Shown: positions 24,439-33,557 of the stretch, piece by piece | How the letters are laid out: the number at the start of each line of letters is the position of its first letter | How positions within the stretch are numbered: position 1 is the first letter of the stretch | From: a bacterium | Lineage (GTDB): Bacteria > Acidobacteriota > Thermoanaerobaculia > Multivoradales > J023 | Reading direction: 5' to 3' | Assembly: GCA_024226315.1 (NCBI GenBank) | Contig: JAAELT010000489.1 | Span: 4,830-68,829 of the forward strand | DNA: 64,000 bases | Translations under genes and position numbers: made by a program | The notes under the pieces: generated by a model | Database searches by the model: none | The model's input: the letters and a program-made list of their open reading frames with translations, nothing else | Told to the model about the DNA's origin: nothing

Positions 24439-26763
24439 ATGTTGTGTAGACTTCTCTTCTACTCGTCTGTGGTGGTGACGGTGTTCTCAGGAGTGGTCAC
24501 GGGCGCTGGGTCCGCCGTGGCCGGCCTCGGTGAATGGACCTCGCAAGGTCCGAACGGCGCGCACGTGTTCGCGTTGGCGATCGATCCGGTATCACCGTCG
24601 ACGGTGTATGCTGGCGTGGGCGCGCTGGGCTCCGGACGCGGCGGGTTGTACAAGACGTTCGACAGTGGCGCCAACTGGGCCGCGGTCGACGCCGACTTGC
24701 CGCCCTCGATCTGGGTGACGGCGCTGGCAATCGACCCGATCGACGCCGCCACCGTCTATTGCGGTTCCTCCATCTCTGGCGAGGTCCACAAGACGGTGGA
24801 CGGCGGCCTCCACTGGAATCTGGTCCTGGACGGTGCCGGCGTGGGGCTGGCGATCGATCCTTCTACGCCCTCGACCGTCTACGCGACGGGATCCGGCGGA
24901 GTCTTCAAGAGCACCGATGGCGGTGAGCATTGGGCCGTGATCGGCAACGGCCTCGGCGGCAGCTCGGCCGGAGCTCTGGTGGTCGATCCCGGGGACCCCT
25001 CCACCCTGTACGTGGCGAGCGAGGAGCGGATCTTCAAGAGCACCGACGGTGGCGGTTCATGGATGGCTGCCGATAGCGGCCTGGACGTTGGCCGGGTCGA
25101 GGCGCTGGCAATCGATCCCGACGATCCGTCGATTCTCTACGCCGGCGGGCGAGGCGTGTACCGGAGCACCGGCGGCGGCGGTCACTGGAGTCCCGTCAAC
25201 GAAGGACTGATCACCATCGACGAAATCCCGGCCAGCGTCCGGGCGCTGGCGATCGATCCGGCGACGCCGTCCACCGTCTATGCCGGGGCCATTCTCGGCA
25301 CCGGTGGAGGCGTCTACAAGAGCACCGACGGTGGTGGCAGCTGGGTCAAGATCCTGGATGTTCTGAGGGCCCAGGCCCTGGCGGTCGATCCGGCGGACCC
25401 GTCGACCGTCTACGCCGGGGTCGCGGTATTCCTGGAGGCCGTCGATCACAGCGACGGCCTCCTCAAGAGCACGGACTTCGGTCAGAGCTGGGACGTGTCC
25501 AACATGGGCTTGAGCAATACGTCGATTCTGGCGCTGGCGATCGATCCCGCGCAGACCTCCACGTTGCTCGCCGGTTTCGACGACGGCCTGGCCCGGAGCG
25601 CCGACGGCGGCGCCACCTGGGAGCTGTCGGCGTACAGGGACTTCAGGATCACGACTCTGGCCGTCGACCCCCGGGTTCCGTCGACCGTCTACGCCGCGGT
25701 CGAATCTCTGCCTCAGTTCGTCTTGGTGAAGAGTACCGACGGAGGTCTCTCCTGGGCGTCAACGGGCCTCCGCGACGTCCGTGTCCGGCAGGTGCTGATC
25801 GATCCCCTGGATTCTCAGAACCTGTATGCCGTGACGTTCGACGTCCTCTCGGATCCCTCGGGAGACGTGTACAGGAGCTCCGACGGCGGAGCGACCTGGG
25901 TGATGACTTCGCCCGGCTTGCCGGCGGGAGCCGTCAGGATCCTGGCGCTCGATCCCTCCGCGCCGTCGACCCTCTATGCCGGCACCGGTGAGGGGGTCTA
26001 CAAGACCGTCGACGGTGGGGATTCCTGGGCCGCCGCGAGCGCCGGCCTGGACGAACCCGACGTCAGAGCTCTGGCCGTCGCCCCCGCGGACCCGACGACG
26101 ATCTACGCGGGGACGGCGGACGGGATCTTCAAGACCACGAACGGCGGTTCAGGTTGGTTTCCGGCCGGGCTGGCCGATTCGTCGATCACGGCCCTGGCGA
26201 TCGACCCGGTCGATTCCGTCAACGTCTATGCAGCATCGTTGTCGACCGTCTTCCGGAGCTCGGACGGCGGCGGGGAGTGGGCTTCTTTCAACGACGGGCT
26301 CGAGAACGCGCAGGTCAGGTCCCTGGTTGTGGATCCGGCTCGCCCCTCGACGCTTCACGCCGCGACCGACAATGGTGTCTTCGACATTGACACGAGCACG
26401 GCCTGTATCGCTGACGAGGACACCCTGTGTCTGAACGGCGACCGTTTCCGAGTCGAGGTCGAGTGGCGGGACTTCGAAGGAACCCTCGGCGCCGGCAGGG
26501 TCGTGCCCCTCGGACCGGCGGCCTCGCAGGACTCCGGCCTGTTCTGGTTTTTCGATCAGGACAACTGGGAGATGTTGATCAAGGTGCTCGACGGCTGCGC
26601 GATCAACGGCCGCTTCTGGGTGTTCTCGGCCGCGACGACCAACGTCGCCTACACACTGCGGGTGACCGACACCGAGTCGCTCGAGACGCGGGAGTACTCC
26701 AACCCGCTCGGCACTTCAGCGGCCGCCGTGACCGACACGGGTGCGTTCGAGACCTGTCCGTAG
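24439..26763 (+). CDS. secreted BNR/Asp-box repeat beta-propeller protein with a distinct Cys-containing C-terminal domain
   Basis: GGGAGG Shine-Dalgarno then ATG at 24439. Signal-peptide-like N-terminus. At least 13 S-x-D-x-G-x-x-W Asp-box repeats (YKTFDSGANW, FKSTDGGEHW, YRSTGGGGHW, YKSTDGGGSW, YRSSDGGATW …). The last ~130 aa (ACIADEDTLCLNGDRFRVEVEW…CAINGRFWVF…) do not follow the repeat pattern. Confidence 0.8.
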   Translation: MLCRLLFYSSVVVTVFSGVVTGAGSAVAGLGEWTSQGPNGAHVFALAIDPVSPSTVYAGVGALGSGRGGLYKTFDSGANWAAVDADLPPSIWVTALAIDPIDAATVYCGSSISGEVHKTVDGGLHWNLVLDGAGVGLAIDPSTPSTVYATGSGGVFKSTDGGEHWAVIGNGLGGSSAGALVVDPGDPSTLYVASEERIFKSTDGGGSWMAADSGLDVGRVEALAIDPDDPSILYAGGRGVYRSTGGGGHWSPVNEGLITIDEIPASVRALAIDPATPSTVYAGAILGTGGGVYKSTDGGGSWVKILDVLRAQALAVDPADPSTVYAGVAVFLEAVDHSDGLLKSTDFGQSWDVSNMGLSNTSILALAIDPAQTSTLLAGFDDGLARSADGGATWELSAYRDFRITTLAVDPRVPSTVYAAVESLPQFVLVKSTDGGLSWASTGLRDVRVRQVLIDPLDSQNLYAVTFDVLSDPSGDVYRSSDGGATWVMTSPGLPAGAVRILALDPSAPSTLYAGTGEGVYKTVDGGDSWAAASAGLDEPDVRALAVAPADPTTIYAGTADGIFKTTNGGSGWFPAGLADSSITALAIDPVDSVNVYAASLSTVFRSSDGGGEWASFNDGLENAQVRSLVVDPARPSTLHAATDNGVFDIDTSTACIADEDTLCLNGDRFRVEVEWRDFEGTLGAGRVVPLGPAASQDSGLFWFFDQDNWEMLIKVLDGCAINGRFWVFSAATTNVAYTLRVTDTESLETREYSNPLGTSAAAVTDTGAFETCP

Positions 26764-26898
26764 GCATGCCGAGGTCGAGCTGGGCAGGTCTGTGTCACGA
26801 ACTCACTTCAAGCCCCTGTCAGTGGACGCTGTCACGGCAAGTGGTATGTTTTTCAATGCTTTGAACCGCACCACGAGCGTCGGAGGCCGACGTTCCGG

Positions 26899-27169
26899 CT
26901 CTCCGCCCCGCGGGGCGAGCGCCAAAAACACTTGTTTCTGGGTCGCGCCCCGCGGGGCGGGCGCCGATATTTTTTGTTTTTGGGTCGCGCCCCGTGGGGC
27001 GGGCGCCGATATTTTTTGTTCTTGAGTCGCGCCCCGTGGGGCGGGCGCCGACAATGTTTGTAACCGGGCCGCGTCCCGTGGGGCGGGCGCCGATATTTTT
27101 TGTTTTTGGGTCGCGCCCCGCGGGGCGGGCGCCAGTAACTTTTGGTATCAGGCCGCGCCCCGCGGCACC
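26899..27169. repeat. 42-bp tandem repeat, ~6.4 copies; each unit is a GC-rich palindromic hairpin plus a T-rich tract
   Basis: Unit consensus gtcgcgccccgYggggcgggcgcc gatattttttgtttttgg. Units start at 26899, 26942, 26984, 27026, 27068, 27110 and 27152 (partial). Inner core CGCCCCGCGGGGCG is a perfect palindrome. Spacers are near-identical, so this is not a CRISPR array. Confidence 0.85.
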
Positions 27170-27440
27170 AGGAACGGAGCCAACCGGTCGCTGATGAAAC
27201 GCATGACCTCGTTGGACTGTTCCGCCGCGGGCCGGCTGAGCCCCCGCCAGCGGCTGTTGGCGACGATGACGAGATCGGCCTCGGGAACGACCGCGATGAC
27301 CTGGCCGCCGTGTCCGAGCGCGATCCAGGCCAGGGCCGGTGCCGATGCGTCGACCCACCACTGATCGCCGTAGTGCGTCTCGCCGCCGACCTGGACCTGG
27401 CTGGCAGTAGAGGCCTCGATCCACTCCTCGGAGACGACGC
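27148..27440 (-). pseudogene. relic C-terminal fragment of a beta-lactamase/serine-hydrolase-family gene
   Basis: Minus-strand translation …YGDQWWVDASAPALAWIALGHGGQVIAVVPEADLVIVANS… resembles the C-terminal strands of class-C beta-lactamase-like hydrolases. No N-terminal catalytic SxxK region. The 5' part is overwritten by the start of the plus-strand racemase-family gene. Confidence 0.35.
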
Positions 27441-27487
27441 GGCGACCCGACCAGGTGTCTCGGCGGCCTGTAGACTCGTGACGCGCC

Positions 27488-28246
27488 ATGAGCTTTCCGG
27501 TCCAGGGTTTCCCGTACGTCTTGCGGCCGGCCCTTGCCGAACGGGCGGCGATCGGCCTGCTGGCGCTGGCGACCGACGCCACGATCGAGAGCGAGTGGCG
27601 GCTGCTTCTGAACCTCGACGGAGTGGAGCTCTATGTCGGCAGAGTGGCCAACGACCCCGAGATCCGGCCCTCGACCCTGGCGAAGATGGAGGTGCGGCTG
27701 GGCGACGCGGCGGCGGCGTTGCTGCCCGGCTGCCGGCTCGACGTCATGGCGTACGGCTGTACGTCGGCGACTCTGATCATCGGTGAGGAGACCGTGGAGC
27801 GAGCCATCCGCGCGGCCAGGCCCGAGGTTGCGGTGACTCATCCGCTGGGGGCCGCCAAGGCGGCCCTGGCGGCCCTCGGGGTCGGGCGCCTGGCATTGCT
27901 GACGCCTTACGTCGACGAGCTCACCCAGGGCCTGGTCGAACACCTTCGAGCGGCGGGCTTCGACGTGGCTGCCGCGGGCAGCTTTCACAACCCGCTGGAC
28001 CCGGAAGTGGTGCGCATCGCACCCGAGTCCATCATGGAGGCGGCAACCGCCCTGGTGGCCGGCGGCGATGTGGAGGCCCTGTTCATCGCCTGCACGGCGC
28101 TGCGCGCCGCGGCGCTGGTCGAGCCGCTCGAAGACTCCCTGGGGATTCCGGTCATCACCAGCAACCAGGCCATGGCCTGGCACGCTCTACGCCTCGCTGG
28201 CGTCGCCGACGCGCCGCCGTCGGCGGGGCGGCTTTTCCAGCGGTAG
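27488..28246 (+). CDS. Asp/Glu/hydantoin racemase-superfamily protein (maleate isomerase / arylmalonate decarboxylase-like)
   Basis: 252 aa. Pattern IGLLALATDATIESEW … VMAYGCTSAT … EALFIACTALRA, with the two conserved Cys-containing segments of this family. Confidence 0.7.
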   Translation: MSFPVQGFPYVLRPALAERAAIGLLALATDATIESEWRLLLNLDGVELYVGRVANDPEIRPSTLAKMEVRLGDAAAALLPGCRLDVMAYGCTSATLIIGEETVERAIRAARPEVAVTHPLGAAKAALAALGVGRLALLTPYVDELTQGLVEHLRAAGFDVAAAGSFHNPLDPEVVRIAPESIMEAATALVAGGDVEALFIACTALRAAALVEPLEDSLGIPVITSNQAMAWHALRLAGVADAPPSAGRLFQR

Positions 28247-28252
28247 GATGGC

Positions 28253-29497
28253 ATGCCAGACAATGGAGGCACTATGACGACTGACGCTGCGCCCGTCTCC
28301 GAGTCCCAGCGCATCGTCTCGCTGGACGTCCTGCGCGGGTTCGCCCTGCTGGGGATCCTGACGATGAACGTCGGCGCGTTCTCGATGCCCGCGGCAGCGT
28401 ACTTCGCCCCCACGGTCTACGGTGACCTGACCGGGCTGAACGGCTGGATCTGGCGCCTCACGCACCTGCTGGCCGACATGAAGTTCATGGCCATTTTCTC
28501 GATGCTCTTCGGCGCCGGGATCGTGCTCATGACGCAGCGGGCCGAATCGCGCGGCAAGCCGGCGACCGGCCTGCACTACCGGCGTATGGGCTGGCTGATC
28601 GTTTTCGGGCTGCTCCACGCACACCTGCTCTGGTACGGAGACATCCTCTACTGGTATGGCATGTGCGGGCTGGTGGTGTTCCTGTTTCGCAAGCTGTCGC
28701 CGAAGTGGCTGATCGTGCTCGGATTCCTGTCGATCTCGGTCTCTTCCGGCATCATGCTGGCCGCCGGCGCGTCCAGCGGGCACTGGCCGCCGCAGGTGCT
28801 CGAAGAAGTGGTGAAAGAGCTGAAGCCGCCGCCCGAGGCGATGGCGGAAGAGGTCGGTGCCTACCAGGGCGATTGGCTCGAGCAGATGAGCGAGCGGGTG
28901 CCCAAGTCACTCGAGATGGAGACCAGCACTTTTCTCGTCTGGGCGGCGTGGCGGGTTTCCGGGCTCATGCTGCTGGGCATGGCGCTGTTCAAGCTTGGCG
29001 TGTTCGGTGGCGAGCGCTCCCGCCGCTTCTACGCGACGCTGATTGCCGTTGCGGTTGCGGTCGGCATCCCCGTGATCGCATACGGCATCCACTGGAACTT
29101 CGCGACGGCCTGGGAGGCGCCTGGCTTCTTCTTCTTCGGCAGCCAGTTCAACTACTGGGCCAGCATCCTGGTGAGCCTGGGCTGGGTGGGCGTCGTGATG
29201 ATGGCGTGCAAGACGACCAGCCTCTCGGTGCTCCTGCGGCCCTTCGCCGCCATCGGGCGCACCGCGTTCACCAACTACATCCTGCAAACGGTGATCTGTA
29301 CCACCATCTTCTACGGTCACGGGCTCGGCCTCTTCGGCCAGGTCGAACGGTCGGGCCAGGCGGCGATCGTGGTGGCGGTGTGGGTCTTCCAGCTGATCGT
29401 CTCGCCGCTGTGGCTGAGGCACTTCCGGTTCGGCCCGCTGGAATGGGTGTGGCGGTCGCTGGTGTATCTGAAGCGGCAGCCGTTCAAGCGCGACTGA
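28253..29497 (+). CDS. polytopic membrane protein, DUF418/YeiB-like
   Basis: SLDVLRGFALLGILTMNV motif near the N-terminus. ~10 predicted TM segments. The start may instead be the internal Met at ~28274. Confidence 0.55.
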   Translation: MPDNGGTMTTDAAPVSESQRIVSLDVLRGFALLGILTMNVGAFSMPAAAYFAPTVYGDLTGLNGWIWRLTHLLADMKFMAIFSMLFGAGIVLMTQRAESRGKPATGLHYRRMGWLIVFGLLHAHLLWYGDILYWYGMCGLVVFLFRKLSPKWLIVLGFLSISVSSGIMLAAGASSGHWPPQVLEEVVKELKPPPEAMAEEVGAYQGDWLEQMSERVPKSLEMETSTFLVWAAWRVSGLMLLGMALFKLGVFGGERSRRFYATLIAVAVAVGIPVIAYGIHWNFATAWEAPGFFFFGSQFNYWASILVSLGWVGVVMMACKTTSLSVLLRPFAAIGRTAFTNYILQTVICTTIFYGHGLGLFGQVERSGQAAIVVAVWVFQLIVSPLWLRHFRFGPLEWVWRSLVYLKRQPFKRD

Positions 29498-29531
29498 GCC
29501 GGTCGATTGGCGCATCGAGGGGAGATAAAAA

Positions 29532-30038
29532 ATGTTGCCTGAATTCGAGCTGGAAGACGGTGAGAACATCGAGGTCCGACTGGTGAGCTCGGCGAGCTAT
29601 ACCAGCCATGCCAATCAGGTGGCCGCCATCACCAACAAACGCTTCCTCTACATCAAGCGGAAGGAATTCTCGAAACACCCTTACGCACTCGAGTGTTTTC
29701 CGGCCGATGCCTGGTCCGGCCTCCGCTACCGTGCCTCCCTCGCGTTGGTAGCCATGTTCGCCGGAGTCATCATGGTGGTGTTCGGGTTTCTGGTCTTCTA
29801 CTTCCGTACTACCGGTGAGCTCGAAGGCGGCGTCGGCATAGGCCTTGCCCTGCTCATGATCATCTCGGGTGGCGCGTTGGCATTGGGCGTCCGGCGGCAC
29901 AAGTTGCAGTTCACGGTCGGCGACCGCACGCTGCGGTGGCGCTCGAGGGCGATGACGTTCCGCGGTACCCTGGCCGCGGTGCGGCAGACGATCGACCTGG
30001 CGAAAGAGCTGGGTATTCCGGTCACCGGCTCCGCGTGA
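29532..30038 (+). CDS. hypothetical membrane protein (bacterial PH-domain-like, two TM helices)
   Basis: AT-rich Shine-Dalgarno context (gaggggagataaaaa ATG). Two hydrophobic helices flanked by soluble segments. No catalytic motifs. Confidence 0.4.
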   Translation: MLPEFELEDGENIEVRLVSSASYTSHANQVAAITNKRFLYIKRKEFSKHPYALECFPADAWSGLRYRASLALVAMFAGVIMVVFGFLVFYFRTTGELEGGVGIGLALLMIISGGALALGVRRHKLQFTVGDRTLRWRSRAMTFRGTLAAVRQTIDLAKELGIPVTGSA

Positions 30039-30131
30039 GCCGAAGGAGTCCGAGATTCCACTCTACCTCCGGGGCCAGTGATAGACGGCAGTAGCCACGC
30101 CGACAGCGCCTTCAGTAAGGACCAGGCTGAG

Positions 30132-33100
30132 TTACTGCCGTACCCGGATCGGATACTCCGGCCGCACCGGCTCCTTCGGTGGATTCGCCTCCAGGGCTTC
30201 GAGCGCCAACTCGATGGCTTTCTCGAGCTGCGGGTCACGCCCGGCGATGATGTCGGCGGGCCACTGCTCGACGTCGTGGTCGGGCGGGACGCCGACGTTC
30301 TCGACGATGAAGCCGTCCTCGTTCCAGATGGCGAAGTTGGGCGCGGTGACGAAGCCGCCGTCCATGAGCTGGGGAAAGCCGAGCACGCCCACCAGGCCGC
30401 CCCAGGTGCGCTTACCCACCAGCGGCCCGAGCTCCAGCTTGCGGAACATCCACGGCAGCATGTCGCCGCCGGAGCCGGCGGTCTCGTCGATCAGCATCAC
30501 CTTGGGCCCCTGGATGGAAGCCAGCGGCGACTTGAGGTCGGCGCCGTAGCGCATCGCCCAGTGGCTGATCAGTGGCCGGCGCAGGATATCGATGTAGTAG
30601 TCGGCGAACAGGCCGCCGCCGTTGTAACGCTCGTCGATGATGATCGCCTGCTTGTGGGCCTGCGGGAAGAAGTAGCGCTTGAAGTAGGTGTGGCCCTGGC
30701 GCGCGGTGTTGGGCACGTGCACGTAGGCGACGCGGCCACCCGTGGCCTCGTCGACCTTGCGCAGGTTGCCCTCCACCCAGTCGCGGTTGCGCAGGCCCCC
30801 CTCATTCTCGATCGGCACGACTCTGACAGTGCGCGAGTCCGAGCCGTCGGCGCTGTTGCCGACGGTGATCTCGACGCTCTTGCCGGCTGTGTTCTCGAAC
30901 CGGCTGTAGAGGTTCTCCGGCGGCCTGAGCTCGCGCCCTTCGACCGCCAGCAGGTACTCGCCGGCCGCGACGTCGACGCCCGGTTCGGTGAGCGGCGAGC
31001 GCAGATCCGGGTTCCAGTTGAGGCCGCCGTAGACCTTGGAGAAACGATAACGCTCCTGATCGACCTCGAAGTCGGCACCCAGCAGCCCGCCGGGGATCTC
31101 TTCGGTCTCCGCCCAGCGATCACCTCCGCCGTTGCGATGATGGCCGACGGCCAGCTCCGAGCACATCCATTGAATCACCAGGTTGAGGTCCCGCCGATTG
31201 CTGAGGTGCGGCAAGAGCTGCGCGTACTTCTCGCGCATCGCCGGCCAATCGGCGCCGTGCATTCCGGGGTCGTAGAAGTAGTCGCGGTTGATCCGCCAGG
31301 CCTCGTCGAAGATCTGGCGCCATTCCGCCCGCGGATCGATCTTGACCGCCACCGCGTCGACGTCGACCCTGCCTTCGCCGGTGTCGATCGAGCCCTTCGA
31401 TTCGCCGAGCACCAGGCCGTCGCTGGTGACCGCCAGGACCTTCTCGCCGCTGGGCGACAGGGTGAAGGCGATGACGCCGCCGAGCAGAGTCTCCTCCTTG
31501 CGCTCGTCGAGGTCGTAGTGCTGCAGGCTCGAGGGTGGAGCGGCGAAGGCGCCGACCGGGGCGTCGGTCTTCAGGTAGTAGATCTGCCCATCGGCGCCGG
31601 CGCGCAGGCCACGCATCGAAGCCGCGCCCACCGGCAAGCTGAGAATGCGCTGCTCGAGACCTTCGAAGTCGATCTCGACCTCGAGCTCGTCCGAGTCCTC
31701 GTCGCCGTTCTCTTCACCGTCGTCTCCTTTCGCGGCCTTCTTGCCACCCTTCTTGCCGCCGCCCTCGGCCGGTTCGCTCGGTTCTTCTTCGCTGCCCTCT
31801 TCCTCGTCGCTCTCCCGCGCCAACGGCGACGGCTCTCGCTCCTGGAGCACGGCCAGATAGAGGTTGTGGGTGAGCTCCATGTCGGCGCCCGACTGGGCGA
31901 ACCATGCCCGTATCGGGCCGGCGTTCGTGGAGGCGAGGAGGTAGAGGTACTTGCCGCTGGCGTCGAACACCGCTTCGCTGACGTCGGAGAGACCTTCGGT
32001 GACGACGTGGGAGGTTCCGGACTCGAGATCGTGGAGGTGCACCTGGCGGAAATTGGTGGCGTTGCCGAGGGTGTAGGCCAGCCAACGCGAGTCGGGCGAC
32101 CAGGAGTGGTGCGGGCGAATCGCCGGGCCGTAGATCTCGTCCGAACCGACCTTGGTGACCTCGCCGCTCGCCAGATCGATCCAGTAGACCGACTTGGAAT
32201 TGTCGACGAAGCTGAGCTTCTCGCTATCGGGCGACCACGCGGGATCCTCGTAGAAGCCCGCGCCTCCCAGATCGTAGACACGGGCTTCACCCTTGCCGGC
32301 CTGATCGACCACGTGCAGCTGGTACTCGCCCGAGGCGTCGGAGAAGTAGGCGATCTTGTTGCCGTCGGGCGACCACATCGGGTCACGCTCGTGCGCGCCG
32401 GGGGTGTCGGTGATCTGCCGCGGATCGCCTTTCTTCGCCGGCACGGTGACCACCTCGCCGCGAAAGCCGAGCACCACCCGGTTGGCCGAGGGCGAAAGGT
32501 CGGCGTGGCGCACGTCGTCCCAACCGCGGGCGTAGCGCGGTCTGGTCTCGATCAGGTCGGCGGCGACGCTGATCTCGAGCCTGGTGGAGACGCCGGTCGC
32601 TGGATCGTAGAGACGCAGGTAGCCGGAGTGGCTGTAGATCACCAGCCCGGCACCGGCTGTCGCCCGCTGCGCGGGGAGCTCCTCGTGCTCGGTGAGCTGG
32701 GCGACGTCGCCGCTCGCCGAATCGAACGAGAAGAGGTTGAGCTCGCCGTTGCGGTCGGAACGGAAATAGACCTTGTCGCCGATCCACATGGGATCGGTGT
32801 CGTTCGAGCGTCCCTCGGGCCGCGGGATCTCCATCGTCGAGTGATCGGATGTGTGGTAGACCCAGATGCGCGACGTGGTGCCGCCGCGGTAGTTCTTCCA
32901 CTGGTGAAAGGCCTCACGCACCGGCACGTAGGCGATCTTCGAGCCGTCCTCGGAGAAGGCGGCCCGAAACGCGGTGGGGATTGGCAGGCGCTCGGGATGG
33001 CCGCCGGCGACAGGCACCGTGTACAGGTGGAAGTGGCGCCGGGTGTGAGTCGAGCGCTGCGAGCGGAAGAGCACAGCCGCGCCGTCGGGGGTGAAATCGA

Positions 33101-33440
33101 GCACGTCGTCGTCGCCCGGGTGCCAGGTCAGGCGGCGCGGCACCCCGCCCTCGACGCCGACCACGTAGACGTCGAAGTTGCCGTCGTACTCGGCGGTGAA
33201 GGCCACCGTCTTGCCGTCGGGAGAGAAGCGGGGCAGCAGCTCCCAGCCGGGATGGCTGGTCAGCCGGTGGGCGCGCAAGGGTTCTTCGCCCGAGCGTTCC
33301 GCGATCCACAGATCCTCGGCGTAGGCAAAGACGACGTGATCGGCGGAGACCGCCGGCTCTGAGAGCATGCGGGTGTCGTGGAGGTCGACCGCCGTCAGTG
33401 GGGCGGCGAGCAGGAGGGTAGAGAAATAGATCGCTTTCAT
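30132..33440 (-). CDS. tricorn protease homolog (beta-propellers + PDZ + S41 peptidase domain)
   Basis: Start MKAIYFSTLLLAAPLTAV (signal peptide). The longer listed ORF extension lacks coding character. N-terminal TolB/WD40-like propeller repeats. C-terminal S41 domain (…IIDERYNGGG…IDETAGSGGDMLPWMF…). Contains an acidic low-complexity insert EEEGSEEEPSEPAEGGGKKGGKKAAKGDDGEENGDEDSDE. Confidence 0.85.
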   Translation of the reverse strand: MKAIYFSTLLLAAPLTAVDLHDTRMLSEPAVSADHVVFAYAEDLWIAERSGEEPLRAHRLTSHPGWELLPRFSPDGKTVAFTAEYDGNFDVYVVGVEGGVPRRLTWHPGDDDVLDFTPDGAAVLFRSQRSTHTRRHFHLYTVPVAGGHPERLPIPTAFRAAFSEDGSKIAYVPVREAFHQWKNYRGGTTSRIWVYHTSDHSTMEIPRPEGRSNDTDPMWIGDKVYFRSDRNGELNLFSFDSASGDVAQLTEHEELPAQRATAGAGLVIYSHSGYLRLYDPATGVSTRLEISVAADLIETRPRYARGWDDVRHADLSPSANRVVLGFRGEVVTVPAKKGDPRQITDTPGAHERDPMWSPDGNKIAYFSDASGEYQLHVVDQAGKGEARVYDLGGAGFYEDPAWSPDSEKLSFVDNSKSVYWIDLASGEVTKVGSDEIYGPAIRPHHSWSPDSRWLAYTLGNATNFRQVHLHDLESGTSHVVTEGLSDVSEAVFDASGKYLYLLASTNAGPIRAWFAQSGADMELTHNLYLAVLQEREPSPLARESDEEEGSEEEPSEPAEGGGKKGGKKAAKGDDGEENGDEDSDELEVEIDFEGLEQRILSLPVGAASMRGLRAGADGQIYYLKTDAPVGAFAAPPSSLQHYDLDERKEETLLGGVIAFTLSPSGEKVLAVTSDGLVLGESKGSIDTGEGRVDVDAVAVKIDPRAEWRQIFDEAWRINRDYFYDPGMHGADWPAMREKYAQLLPHLSNRRDLNLVIQWMCSELAVGHHRNGGGDRWAETEEIPGGLLGADFEVDQERYRFSKVYGGLNWNPDLRSPLTEPGVDVAAGEYLLAVEGRELRPPENLYSRFENTAGKSVEITVGNSADGSDSRTVRVVPIENEGGLRNRDWVEGNLRKVDEATGGRVAYVHVPNTARQGHTYFKRYFFPQAHKQAIIIDERYNGGGLFADYYIDILRRPLISHWAMRYGADLKSPLASIQGPKVMLIDETAGSGGDMLPWMFRKLELGPLVGKRTWGGLVGVLGFPQLMDGGFVTAPNFAIWNEDGFIVENVGVPPDHDVEQWPADIIAGRDPQLEKAIELALEALEANPPKEPVRPEYPIRVRQ

Positions 33441-33557
33441 CGGCTGATGCGCTCTCGGGGAATCGGACGGTGATGGGAAGGGCGAAGTATATCTTCGCTC
33501 ATGATACGGTCTGCCGCCGGACGAGCAACACCACAGTATTCGACAGGGGGCCGCCAG

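Noticed and set aside
26899-27169. Possible CRISPR array
   Set aside because: The units are regularly spaced, but the segments between the palindromic cores are near-identical T-rich tracts rather than unique spacers. There are no cas genes nearby. Called a tandem repeat instead.
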